Part shown: one piece after another, positions 1 through 11,865 of the stretch
Numbering within the stretch: position 1 is the stretch's first letter
Layout of the letters: each line of letters opens with the position of its first letter
NCBI GenBank assembly: GCA_030264375.1
Contig: JASCQW010000175.1
Coordinates: 11,555,646-11,619,645 of the forward strand
Origin: Carcharhinus longimanus
Lineage: Eukaryota
Direction of reading: 5' to 3'
Length of the DNA stretch: 64,000 bases
Program-made: the position numbers and the translations under genes
Notes under the pieces: generated by a model
Databases searched by the model: none
What the model was told of the DNA's origin: nothing
The model's input: only the letters and a program-made list of their open reading frames with translations

Positions 1-1499
1 CTGCCCAGGGAGATGAGAAGAAGATATCTACCATCACTGACCTGAGCTCAATTTAAAAAAATAAATTGATACTCACTCTGATTTTTGATAGTCAGTCTCA
101 TCAGCTGGAGATTGAAAGGTGCAATGTGAACAGCATAAAAATAAAAATGTGACTGTAGTAAATTTGACAGAACAAAATGAGGCAGAATCCAATNNNNNNN
201 NNNNNNNNNNNNNNNNNNNNNNNNNNNNNNNNNNNNNNNNNNNNNNNNNNNNNNNNNNNNNNNNNNNNNNNNNNNNNNNNNNNNNNNNNNNNNTTCCTGA
301 CTTGCTGCTAGCGGCTCTGTTACTGAAAGCAGCCTCTTCTGGAATAGGGAATGGAAAAATCAACCGTACTTCTCATATGTGTTTGAATCAGTGACTTTAC
401 TGGAATGAGAGTCAGTGAGTAGAACCTTTGCGTGGGTGACATTGTGCTCAGTGCTGAGGTCCTTCATCAGAAATAGTTGTCAGCCTTCACTTTTCCACAT
501 TGTACCTTTGCACAGTCTAGGACAAAAGCACAGAGATTTGTAAAATCACATTACCTAATTTCTAACCTGCATATCTGCCTATATTTTAGGAGTTATTTAA
601 TGTGTGTGCAAGCCTGCAGCCTATTCAAATGTTTAGCTGGCCTCTCGTCAACTGCGTGAAATTATGTAACTAGCCAAGAGGTAATAGCTGGAAAAGTCGA
701 TGTCACTGCTTGGCCTGAATGATTGAATCCATGCCAGTGAAAATATTTCTAGGCTAACAGAATTTCACTTCATTCTGAGGCATTTGCCCCCGTTACTTTA
801 TTTGCACAGTTCATAAAGTGTAAGGATCAAGCACTGTGGCATTTTTTGTCTGTGTCAATGACCTGTGTTTGCTTCAGAATGAAGTATTTTTCAGTTTTAA
901 AGTTGAGCGAGTGAGAAATAATTTAGTGGAAATTGTCAAATACTTGTGGGAAGTGCTGGCACCTTTAACAGGCAGAGTTGTGCTCAATCTGTTCAGCAAA
1001 AGTGACACTAGTTTAATCCTTAGAAATCAACTACTCTGCTTGGGTCTGTGTGTGCCCTTTAAAAAGTCAACTCTAGGCTGGAACAATGAGGTGGATAATT
1101 TACAATACCTAGTCGACGATGAGNNNNNNNNNNTGTTCTAAAATAGAAAGATCTCAGATTTAATTTCTAATCTGTCCAGGTTTAGCTAATTCCATCTGTG
1201 GAAATGAAGGGAAGAGGGCCACTGATATTACTGATTGAACTTAAGTGAGGGGGGAATGGGCCATGTGCTAACCACTATCCAATGGTTCCTCATGGCATCC
1301 AGTGAAAAGCACATGGTGTGAATATCAATTAGGATAAGATTGGGAGTTACTGCAATGCCTTCATGGCGAAACTGTCTGCTAGTGCTCACTGACTAGTCAC
1401 ATGAAACATGGCCGTTTGAAAGTGTTACCAAAAGGGGTAATGTATAAAACAAAACCAACTTCAAAATTTCTGTAGGATATGGAGTAATAAGCATTGAGA

Positions 1500-1643
1500 G
1501 GTCACACAATACCAGGTTACACCTAACAAAGGAACAGCGCTCTGAAAGCTTGTGATTTCAGATAAACCCATTGGACTATAACCTGGTGTTGTGTGATCAC
1601 TCATCTTGTCCACCCCAGTCCAAGACCAGCATTTCCACATCAT
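1500..1643 (+). mobile_element. Penelope-type terminal fragment with decayed hammerhead
   Basis: CAC-CTAACAA-AGGAAC-AGC-GCTCT-GAAA-GC-TT-GTG at 1520-1554 has the hammerhead layout with a mutated core. Confidence 0.5.
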
Positions 1644-2954
1644 AAAAACAGTGATATTTTAAGGAGTCTGTGAATTCAGCATCATTTATGGCTCAGTACA
1701 TTATGAAAAATGTACCAATATTGGTTAAAATTCCTTTAAGTTTGGTCCTTGCCATTAGATAAGAGACTGATTTAGGTGTGACCTTGATGCTGAAATAATA
1801 TTTCTTCACAGGAAAGGTTAGACGAGGCATCTTGTTTGCTGACCCATACAAGACTGATTTTAGCTTATGCATTACTGTCCAGTAGCAGAATCTCCAAGAA
1901 CGGTGAAAGGAAAGGTTTGTTTTATTTTTATTCAGTAACCAGATGATCCACTGGTTGAGTGCAGTTTAATTGACTGCATTGGTAGATGAGATCAAGGTAT
2001 TTGTGCATTTGATTAAAAGAGGTGGCAAACATCGTAAACTGAAGAGAAATTATAAAGCTGCTAATAAAGACCTTGTCACTTAGGCTTTCTTTCTGGTTCA
2101 GTACGTAGATTTTCCACCTGGTCTACTTCTCAGGTATTCCCTACACAAAGGTTCCAGCTTTTAAAATTATGCAATTGCTTTTCCTTGCACGCAGGATTTG
2201 AACTGTGGATTTTGCCAGTAACTTTTGATGTATATTAAGGAAGAGTGTTGATCTGTGATGGGCAACCTCGGCTAGTGAATGGGCCTCCATTTCAGTGGGC
2301 CACAAGATTGAAACCAAGCTTGTCACTAACCATAACCACCATGAATAAGGTTAAATACATTTAATACACAGCCAAATATTTCATAATGAATTATAAAAAT
2401 GCTTAATTATTTATATATTAATGGAATGATCATCAACTTCAAATAGTAAAAACAAAAGAAATATTTACACTTTGGACACAGAGGGAGCTTCCGGCTTTCT
2501 CAGCCAATGTTGTGAGCAATCAACACGCACCTCACTTCATTTGCCCTTGCTTTTAAGTGCAATTCACTTCAATCATACCAGTGGGGAAGAAGTTATACAG
2601 AAATTAGCGGAATGTGGGAACTCTATACTTGGGGGCAATGGTTAGCAAAGTATCTTGTGAGCTGCACTCAGACTCAGATGGACTGCATATGGTCCCCAGG
2701 CTACACATTGCTCAGCACTGGTGTTGATTGTCCTTAACTGACCTCAAGTGAGGGTGCAAAATAATTAGATGTGCTACTGTCAGTTACCCCACTTTAGGAG
2801 TGGATGATGCAGAAAAGAATGTGTTAGGATTCTGTTTCACTATCCAGTTACTCCAGATGTTTATGTAATGTTGCCCCCGAGATCAAGTAGTCTGCAAACT
2901 GGCTGTTGGAGCTAACAGGTCAAATGGCAATGTGGATGAGTACTGGAAGACAAC

Positions 2955-3480
2955 AAAGAACAACACAGCATGGGAAACAGGCCCTTCGGCCCAATGAGCC
3001 CGCGCCGCCATTTTAACATTGAGTGCCCTCCTCTACCCATGACCTTTGNNNNNNNNNNNNNNNNNNNNNNNNNNNNNNNNNNNNNNNNNNNNNNNNNNNN
3101 NNNNNNNNNNNNNNNNNNNNNNNNNNNNNNNNNNNNNNNNNNNNNNNNCCTTTCATACCAGGCAACATCCTGGTAAACCTCCTCTGCACTCTCTCCAGGA
3201 TCTCCACGTCCTTCTGGTAGTAAGGCGACCCGAACTGGATGCAGTACTCCAAATGTGGGCGATCCAACATTCTATACAACTGCAACATTAGACGCCAGCT
3301 TTTATATTCTATACCCCTCCCTATAAAGGCAAGCATACCATAGTCCTTCTTCGTCACCTTCTCCACCTGTACTGCCACCTTCAAGGACTTGTGTACTTGC
3401 ACCCCCAGGTCCCTCTGTGTTTCTATACTCTTAATAGGCCTACCATTTATCGTGTAACTCCCCCCTACATTCTTTCTTCC
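2955..3480 (-). mobile_element. CR1-clade LINE 3' fragment
   Basis: ORF 3013-3495(-) contains RDLGVQVH...RPHLEYCIQFGSPYYQKDVEILERVQRRFTRMLPG, typical of the CR1 ORF2 C-terminus; spans an N-gap. Confidence 0.85.
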
Positions 3481-4700
3481 GAACAAGTTGGTCACATTCG
3501 GGTGAGAGGAGAGGAAAATGTGCTTTCCCTGTTTTCAAGTTTCTCCCATTATCTACACTGAAGTCTGGAACATGCTATGATTTGTCCCATCTTGTCCAGT
3601 TCCTGCAGTCCATCTTTCTGCAGGAATCCAAACACAGTATCTGAGTGCATCACTGCTAATCAGGCAATTGTCTGCTAGCCACATATACTCAATTCCACCA
3701 GGAAATTTTAGTTGCACCTTGTACTTCATTAGTTATCCAGTGCTTATTATCTAACCACATGCACAAGATGGGCACCTAAACAAGATACCTGTGAGATTCT
3801 GGATCATTGATCTTTAATTGAATACATTTTTAAGATACTATATTTATCTACACAGTATTTTTGTTAATGTAGGTTGGCAAACCAACTGACTGTTAGTAAT
3901 GCTACCTCTGTCCCACCAGCCACAAGTGACCTTTTTTCATGCTGGAATATATTGAAACATGAAATGCTGAAGAGTCTTGTCAGGGTGAATGTGGAGACGA
4001 TGATTTCACCCGTGGGAGAATCTAGAACTAGAGGTCACTGCTTAAAAAAAAGTTCACCCATTTAAAATAGCAGTGGGACAAATAATTTCATCGCAGAGGG
4101 TCGTGAATTTTAAGAACTTCCCGAAAAGATGAAAATAGAATATTTTTAATGCAGAGGTGAATAGACTTATTAGTAAGGAAGAAGATGATAGGTTATTTGG
4201 AATAGGCAAATTTGAGGTTTCTGTGACTGTAACACTAAATTAGCTTGAGGGGCTGAATGGCCTACACCTCCTTTTCATACATTTGAATATCTGGGCAGGC
4301 TTGGCTTAGAATTTCCAACAGAATTTCATTTTTAACACTAATTCTGTGATAAATTGCAAGGCTACAAAAAAAATCAGAGGTATACCTTTCTTTGGAAAGC
4401 CTAGGATTCCATACGCCAAACTGCCTGCTTTCCCAATAGCCCTGCCACCTTCCAGGGCACACAAATCCCAGATCCCTCGGCTTTTGAATGCTCCAGTTTT
4501 TCAGTGTCCTTTTTTTGATAGAATTCCTTAGCATTTTTGCCACCTCAAAAATAAACAGTTAAAGTAGGATCCTATTGAAGTTCTGGACCAAGTATAACCA
4601 CGATATTCTAGTGTGAGCAGTTGAATAGGTCTTGCAGAGAGCCTGCACAGACATGACAGGCCAAAAGGCCACCCATGCTGCAATTATTCTATGATTCTAG

Positions 4701-5030
4701 GATGGCATGGTGGCGCACTGGTTAATACTGCTGCCTCACAGCACCGGGAACCTTGGTTTGATTCCAGCCATGGGCCAGTGTCTGTGCGGATTCCAAATGC
4801 TCTCCCCGTGCCTGCTTGAGTTTCCTCCCACAGTCCAAAATGCGCAGGTTAGGCGGATTGGTCATGCTAAATTGCCTGTTATCGTCTAAAGATGTTTAGG
4901 TTAGGTGGATTAACCGTGGGAAGAGTGTTTGATTACAGGGATAGGACGGAGGGCAGGATCTGGGTGGGATGCTCTTTTGGAGAGTGGATGCAGATTCTTT
5001 CTGCACTGTAGGGATTTTATGGTTTCTGTG
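4701..5030 (+). mobile_element. HE1-like tRNA-derived V-SINE, CR1-type tail
   Basis: A/B-box head (TGGCGCACTGG...GGTTTGATTCC), V-domain-like body, tail CTGCACTGTAGGGATT. Confidence 0.8.
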
Positions 5031-6479
5031 GACAACACAAATTTTTATGATATAGTTTTTGATTTTTTTTGTTTGAGGTTTTATTTATTTTGAATCTCTA
5101 CACGCCTTTCCCTCCTGACCGTAAGTGTGCAATGAGGCTACTTCACCTTGTAATGACAAAGCCTGAAGCTGAAACATCAGCTTCATTGTCTCCTTCATTA
5201 CAAAGCAATTAATTTGTGGAATTTGAAATAACAAAAATTGAATTGTCTAGGGTTTAAATATTTAAGGTTCAAAATGACCTCTGTGTATTTGAATATGAAC
5301 AAAGACAATGGTGATTTTTAAAAAAAAGGTTCACCTTAAATTCCACCGTGAAATTCGGTCTTCCTCGAGGTGGAGCACCTGATTCTACTTATCACTTTCA
5401 AAATGGTGGTGAAAGAAAGAAGCTGTTGCGTATGTATTAATCTTTTCTAATTGCTTCTGTTAAATAATTGGTTGTAGAAGTCCCTGAATGGCTTAGTGGG
5501 TAGCTGGTGAAGTGGTATCAGATTATTGCTAAGCTATAGCTTCACACATTCATGTTGGTGGCTCCATTTCCTTAAATGTCCGTGGCCAGCAAACATCTAT
5601 TTTTGATTTAAAATTACTAATTGAACTAGCTTCAGCTTTTGCTTGTGGGAATGAGTTCCACACTACTTTGCCCTTTACATGAAGCAGGCCATTTAGGTTG
5701 GAAACAAGGAGAAATTTTCTACCCAGAGGGCTGCGGATGTTGAGTCATTAAGTATCTTTAAGACAGATCAATAGATTTCTGAACAAAGAGAGAATTGAGG
5801 AATATGGCAATAGAGCAGGAAAATAGAATTGGGGCAGCAGGCTTGAGATACTGTGTGGATTTGCTCTTGCTCCTGTTTCTTAAGTTCCTAACTTCTGTAC
5901 TTGGTGACCTGATTTTGATGTTAAGGTTATGGTCCCTTGTCCTAGACTGTTAACACCAGGGAAAATTATTCTCTCTATCTACCTTAAGAATTCCTTTCAT
6001 CTACTTAAAATCTAATAATGAAATAACTCCTTGTCCTTCAATATTGCAGAGATTGTGAGCATATAGTTTATCTCTTCTAAGCCTCGGAGCCCCAGTGAAT
6101 CTGTGCCATACGCCTTCGAAGGCCAGCGTATCCTATCTAAATGCAATGCCCAGAACTGTACAGAGTACTCAAGATACTGTCTAACCAAATCTTTATTTGG
6201 CCGTACCAGAGCTCCCTGTCATATTTTCTGGTGTTAATTCATAATTGGGTTAGATTTGACATAGTTACGAAAAAAGACAAGAGTAGGAATCCTAAATTGG
6301 GAAACAAAATATTTACATAGCAAAGATGAGATTTGGCCAAATTGGGCTGAAAATTTGAAGGTAAGTCAGTGGCAATGTGATGCATGAAAAGAGTGGATAA
6401 GGAGGGTTCTGAGCAAATAGCTTTACCAAATATACAAACTGTTGAGGATAATTGTGGAGAAGGTTTCGTTACCTACGCT

Positions 6480-6735
6480 TACTGATTGTGGTCTGTGGGT
6501 TAGGAAGTCTCGGATCCAGTCACAGAGGGAGGAGCTAAGCCCTAGCCATGGAGTTTGGAGATGAGTTTTGTTGTGATAATGGTGTTGAAGGTTGAGCTGT
6601 AGTCAGGGTCACCCAACTTGAACGCCTCAGCAAGCAGTGGATGTTTCTGTTCATTCATAGTTTCCGGTTGGAAAGCATACAGTCTTCTATGCACTTCCTA
6701 CTGAAGTCTGTTACTGTTGTGGTGTACTCAATCAG
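6480..6735 (-). mobile_element. Rex1/Babar LINE internal fragments
   Basis: Minus-strand translation [37 protein letters not shown] and EYTTTVTDF..KCIEDC, with frameshifts. Confidence 0.7.
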
Positions 6736-6764
6736 CTTGGTTGCTCTTATGCTCTGCTTTTCCC

Positions 6765-6958
6765 AGTCTCTTGCACTCTCACTGATAATGGCCCTAACTC
6801 CTCTCGCACACTCTTACTGTTAATGGCCCTGCTTCTCTAGCACAATCACGTTGTTAATGACCCTGTTGCTCCTCTCGCACTCTCTCAATATTCATGGTCC
6901 CGCTGCTCCTCTCTCACTCATTGCTAATGACTCCGTTACTACTTTTGCACCCTTTCAT
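6765..6958. repeat. Degenerate ~35-40 bp minisatellite
   Basis: About five units resembling TAATGGCCCTGCTGCTCCTCTCGCACTC; one more unit at ~8438-8467. Confidence 0.65.
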
Positions 6959-7196
6959 TGATTTGATTTGATTTATTATGTATTAGTATACAATGAAAAA
7001 TATTGCTTCTTGCACGCTATACAAACAAAGGATACCATTCATAGAGAAGGAAAGGAGACGATGCAGAACGTAGTGTTAGTCACAGCTAGTGTGTAGAGAA
7101 AGATCAACTCACTGTGAGATAGGTCCATTCAAAAGTCTGATGGCAGCAGGGAAGAAGCTGTTCTTGAGTCGGTTGGTACGTGACTTCAGACTTTTG
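6958..7196 (-). mobile_element. Rex1/Babar LINE 3' end
   Basis: C-terminal RTNRLKNSFFPAAIRLLNG, then 3'UTR and an (ATCAA)n tail. Confidence 0.8.
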
Positions 7197-7374
7197 NNNN
7201 NNNNNNNNNNNNNNNNNNNNNNNNNNNNNNNNNNNNNNNNNNNNNNNNNNNNNNNNNNNNNNNNNNNNNNNNNNNNNNNNNNNNNNNNNNNNNNNNNNNN
7301 NNNNNNNNNNNNNNNNNNNNNNNNNNNNNNNNNNNNNNNNNNNNNNNNNNNNNNNNNNNNNNNNNNNNNNNNNN

Positions 7375-8148
7375 AGAAAATTATAGCACAGGAACAGGCA
7401 CTTCGGCCCTCCAAGTCTGCACCAACCACGCTGCCCGACTTAACTAAAACCCCCTCCCTTCCGGGAACCATATCCCGCTATTCCCATCCTATTCATGTAC
7501 TTGTCACGACACCCCTTAAAAGTCACTACCATATCCGCTTCCACTACCTCCCCCGGCAATGAGTTCCACGCACCCACTACTCTCTGTTTAAAAAAAAACT
7601 GCCTCCTACATCCCTCACACCTTAAACCTATGCCACCGAGTAATTGAGTCTTCCACCCAGGGAAAAAGCTTCTGAATATCCACTCTGTCCATGCCTCTCA
7701 TAATCTTGTAGACTTCTATCAGGTCTCCCTTCAACCTCCATCGCTCCAGTGAGAACAAATCAAGTTTCTCCAACCTCTCCTCATAGTATGCCCTCCATAC
7801 CAGGCAACATCTGGGTAAATCTTTAATGTACCCTCTCCAAAGCCTCCTCATCCTTCTGGTAGTTTGGCGACGGAATTGAACACTATATTCCAAGTGCGGC
7901 CTAACTAAGGTTCTGTAAAGCTGCAACATGACTTGTCAATTTTTAAACTCAATACCCTGGCAAATGAAGGCAAGCATGCCGTATGCCTTCTTGACTACCT
8001 TCTCCACCTGCATTGCCATTTTCAGTGACCTTGTATCTGTACACTAAGATCCCTTTGCCATTCAATACTCTTAAGGGTTCTTCCATTTACTGTATATTTC
8101 CTATCTATATTAGACCTTCCAAAATGCATTACCTCACATTTGTCCAAT
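7375..8148 (-). mobile_element. CR1-clade LINE 3' fragment
   Basis: ORF 7615-7929(-): LVRPHLEYSVQF...YEERLEKLDLFSLE..RLKGDLIEVYKIMRG. Confidence 0.85.
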
Positions 8149-8402
8149 TAAGTTACTGTGAAAATCCCCTAGTCACCACACTCTGGCACCTGTTCAGGTA
8201 CACAGAGAGAATTTATCATGGCCAACCCACCTAACCAGTATGTCTTTTGGACTGAGAGGGGAAACCAGAGCACCTGGAGGAAACCCACGCATTCACAGGG
8301 AGAACATGCAAACTCCACATAGACAGTTACCCATGCCGGAATTGAACCTCGGTCCCTGGCACTGTGAGGCAGCAGTGCTAACTACTGTGCCGCTGTGCTG
8401 CC
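8149..8402 (-). mobile_element. HE1-like V-SINE, type-B tail (truncated)
   Basis: Same head and body; tail ...GACTAGGGGATTTTCACAGTAACTT. Confidence 0.8.
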
Positions 8403-8870
8403 AGCAATGGAATCGCTCCTCTTGCTGGTAGTGGCCCAATGGCCCTGCTGCTTCTCTCGCACTCATTTTAAAATTGCTTGCCTCTGTTTTTGAAGTCCCT
8501 GCTTTGTCCTTGGCTCCTTTTCTTCCAAATTATTGTAAAATCTTTGTTAAATGTCCCTTGCAAGTATTTTTTCATGTTCTGTAATTGCACCATGTAGCCA
8601 GGAAGCTTCAGGACTACTCAATAGCCTATAAATGTTGGCATACTGTAATTAATCTTGATGCTCTTGGGCTAAAGGGAGGGAGAATCAGGTGGCATTTCTG
8701 CACTTAATTGCTATCCAATAACTCCTGTGGGAAGTGGTCATGTGTGAATGTCGAGTGTCGAATCTCTCGTAGAATGGCCAAGGTTAAATACCCTGCGAAG
8801 TGATTCACACTGGGAGAAATTAACTCTTGGTAGAGTATCGTCTATGGCTAGCACCTCTGGAAGCCTATAT

Positions 8871-9002
8871 TTAGATTTTGATTTATTATTGTGACATGTA
8901 TTGAGATACAGTGAAAAGTATTGTTTCTTGTGCGCTACACAGACAAAGCATACAGTTCATAGAGTGCATAGGGGAGAAGAAAAGGAGAGCATGCAGAATA
9001 TA
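8871..9002 (-). mobile_element. Rex1/Babar LINE 3'UTR-only copy
   Basis: Homologous to 6960-7070; ends TTTTCACTGTA..TACATGTCACAATAATAAATC. Confidence 0.7.
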
Positions 9003-9052
9003 CTAGCAAGAGTAAGCACCAAGGAGAAATTTGCAAAATAGTAGAATATTTA

Positions 9053-9358
9053 GGGTGACACAGTGATTAGCACTGCTGCTTCACAGTGCTAGGGTTCCAG
9101 GTTCAATTCCGGCCTTGGGTCACTGTGCGGAGTCTGCCTGTTCTCCCCCTGCCTGCGTGGGTTTCCTCCGAGTGCTCTGGTTTCCTCCCATAGTCCAAAG
9201 ATGTGTGGGTTAGGTGGATTGGCCATGCTAAATTGACGCTAGTATCAGGGGGATTAGCAGAGTAAACGCATGGTGTTGTGGGGTTGGGGCCTGGGTGGGA
9301 TTGTGGTCGGTGCAGACTGGATGGGCCGAATGGCCTCCTTCTGCACTGTAGAGATTCA
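9053..9358 (+). mobile_element. HE1-like V-SINE, CR1-type tail
   Basis: GGTTCAATTCC B-box; tail GGGCCGAATGGCCTCCTTCTGCACTGTAGAGATTC. Confidence 0.85.
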
Positions 9359-9399
9359 ACCAAATTGTCAGACACCAGACTGGGCTTCTGGGTTGGCAG

Positions 9400-10275
9400 T
9401 TTCAAATTTAACTTTTTTCAGTAATTGACCAAAAGCCATTGATACGAAAACTTAAATGCTCATTTTAATAACTGCAGTGCAGAATGAGCAAAAATGAACT
9501 TTGCGCAATAAACCTCCACCCCACCAGTGCCAAAACATGGAAACAAAGCCATAACACTTTGTCCTTTAGAGCCACTTCACACCACTCTGATTGTGTGTTT
9601 GGAACCAGGTTTTGAGTACAAGTATTTTTAGCCCAGAGATGTACCATAAGAGGGCAAAGTGCTTTGAACAACTACTGTTTGCCTGCATACTTTTTAATAA
9701 CACGTGCATGGAAAGGTCTGTAGTATCTGCTCAGCACGCTGTCTCAGCCACTAAAGGGTTAAAGGAGAAATTGAAGACATTTATAAGATGTCTAAAAATA
9801 CAAGGAATTCGGATTTTACCAACAGATGGGTGGTAGTTTCCAATGAACAAACTGATTTTTTTTTATTTTGGGGTACTGTAAAGCTTTAGCATATGGAGGA
9901 AGGAGAGAAACTTTGAATTTCTAAATGAAGAAAAAGATTCCCCACATGGTCGGTAAGATGTTAAACCTAAAATATTTAGTCCTGGCAGAATAGGCAGCTG
10001 CATGTGGAAATGCCGTCTTCATTCACCTCAGGGAGTGTTGGGGGAAGGCAGACATTGGGCTGGCTGCTTCTCACTGAGGATCAGGTATCGGCTTCGGAGA
10101 CATTGATGGGAGTGGCTAGTTGTGATTAATAGCCCATGGCATGCAAGGCGGAGCCCGCACGAGCCATCTGGCCAAGATCTGGGAGTTGCTGTAGGGGAGA
10201 TAACAGGAGAGGGTCCAATCTGTGTCTGAAAGTCAAGCTGAAACAGGGATTACTCAAATTTGCTTTATTTGGTTT
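9400..10275 (+). promoter_or_regulatory. Putative promoter/5'UTR of the MERKTMVSQ isoform
   Basis: Repeat-free sequence directly upstream of the first coding exon, with E-boxes CACGTG (9701-9706) and CAGCTG (9995-10000) and upstream ATGs at 10136 and 10141. The TSS cannot be placed from sequence. Confidence 0.5.
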
Positions 10276-10302
10276 ATGGAGAGAAAGACGATGGTTTCAC
10301 AG
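10276..10302 (+). CDS. RBFOX2: RBFOX2 short N-terminal first coding exon (MERKTMVSQ)
   Basis: ATG GAG AGA AAG ACG ATG GTT TCA CAG|gtactc: 9 codons with a phase-0 GT donor. Matches the mammalian RBFOX2 N-terminus MEKKKMVTQ and joins in frame to the exon at 34418. Lies in a ~2.4 kb stretch with no recognisable repeats. Confidence 0.85.
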
Positions 10303-11821
10303 GTACTCCTCAGTGTTTTAAGCCGCTATTGTTGGTAAATGTTTGTAGAAAGTGTGTTGAACCATGTGCCTGTGCTGTGCAATTTGTATTTGAACTGAAT
10401 GAATCATTGCTTCTATTGTCTGTCGAGCTCTGTTCGTTCTGCTGGTTATCAAGGGAGGCAGCTTGCTTGCGTTCCTTGTGCTTTCCATATTCTCGGCCAT
10501 CAAAACTTGTAAAACGCACCCAAAATCAAACCGTTTTTCTAAAAAAATCAATCCGTCTCAGATCAGGTAACTGAAAACTAGAATAATGTGAACAGACTCG
10601 GCTGAATGGGTACAGTAAAAATACACTGGTTTGGTGCTGTGTAAAACCGGAGGTTCAGCAGTCTATTTATTTAAGGAACCCTTTCTCCTTGTGTGTACTG
10701 CAGTCGTTGAGACAAAGCACAGGATTGTTAACCCTCTGCATGCTGAATTTCCATCTCATGTTAATCATGTATGTCTATGCTGTGCATTTCCAGAAACCCT
10801 ATTAACCCATAATGGAGAAATGTGGAGAACCACAATCTCTGTGCTTATGTGCTCTGAATTTAAAAAAAAGACTTCTGTTAGAAACCAGTATGACTGCCTA
10901 GTTGCTCTTTAGGGTCAAATAATGTAAAGGTTAGTAGCTCCATTCTTATATTCATATTTTGGGCAAATAAAAGATTATTGTCAGTGAGGAGACTGCATGA
11001 TTTTAATATGTTAGTGTTGTTGTGACAATGCCATTGCTTTTACTGACTTGATATACCTGTCCAGTAAGTGTGGATTTATATCTGAGCAAGTGGGTGTAGG
11101 CCCTTTCCCTTCTGATCTTTAGCAAACACAAAAGGTAGCAGCTGGGTTTTAAAAGCATGTACGCAGGACCCATTTTTGTGCTTGAAAATTCAGACTGAAG
11201 CTGCTAGCTTCTTTGAATATTGATATTTTTCCAGTTTCATAATGTATGGAAGTGTTGGTTGTTTTCCTTGTATTTTCTGCAGAGAATGTCGCACACTGTT
11301 ATTTCATCAGTCACACAAAGAAGCAGCAGCAATGTTTTCTGCAGTCCGGGGAATGTGCTTCAGGAGACTTTTTATATCCAAAATAGGATAGGAGCCTGGT
11401 GATAAAGAGCTGTAATGAAAGAAAGAAAAGGAAAGCAGCATTTGCCACAAAACACAGCCATCTTGACATATTGTGCCTCTATTACTAAAAGAAAATTGTC
11501 GTTTTTACATTGTTTGAAAGAAAAGGCATTTTAATTTGAAAAAATAAAATTTTAGCTATATTGAGGAATATTTTTGAATTTAATGTAACTCATAATCCCA
11601 TCCATCCTAGAATTTTTATTGAACTGTTATTTAGTTTTGCCATTTGTAATTCGTATCATAACCCACATGAAAGATTTTACTGATTATTTAAACTAAAGAA
11701 TGCAATGATTGATTTTAAATTTCACCCTGCATACAGTGACTTTTAATTCAGACCTAAAGCATTCAGCTTCTTCTAAAATATTATAAAACATGAAACTGCA
11801 TAATTATACAAAATACGATCC

Positions 11822-11861
<40 letters not shown>

Positions 11862-11865
11862 TATA
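11822..11865. repeat. (TA)n microsatellite
   Basis: About 22 TA units with one G interruption. Confidence 0.95.

Noticed and set aside
9791-9801. MEF2 site near the first exon
   Set aside because: CTAAAAATAC misses the consensus terminal purine and is common in AT-rich DNA.
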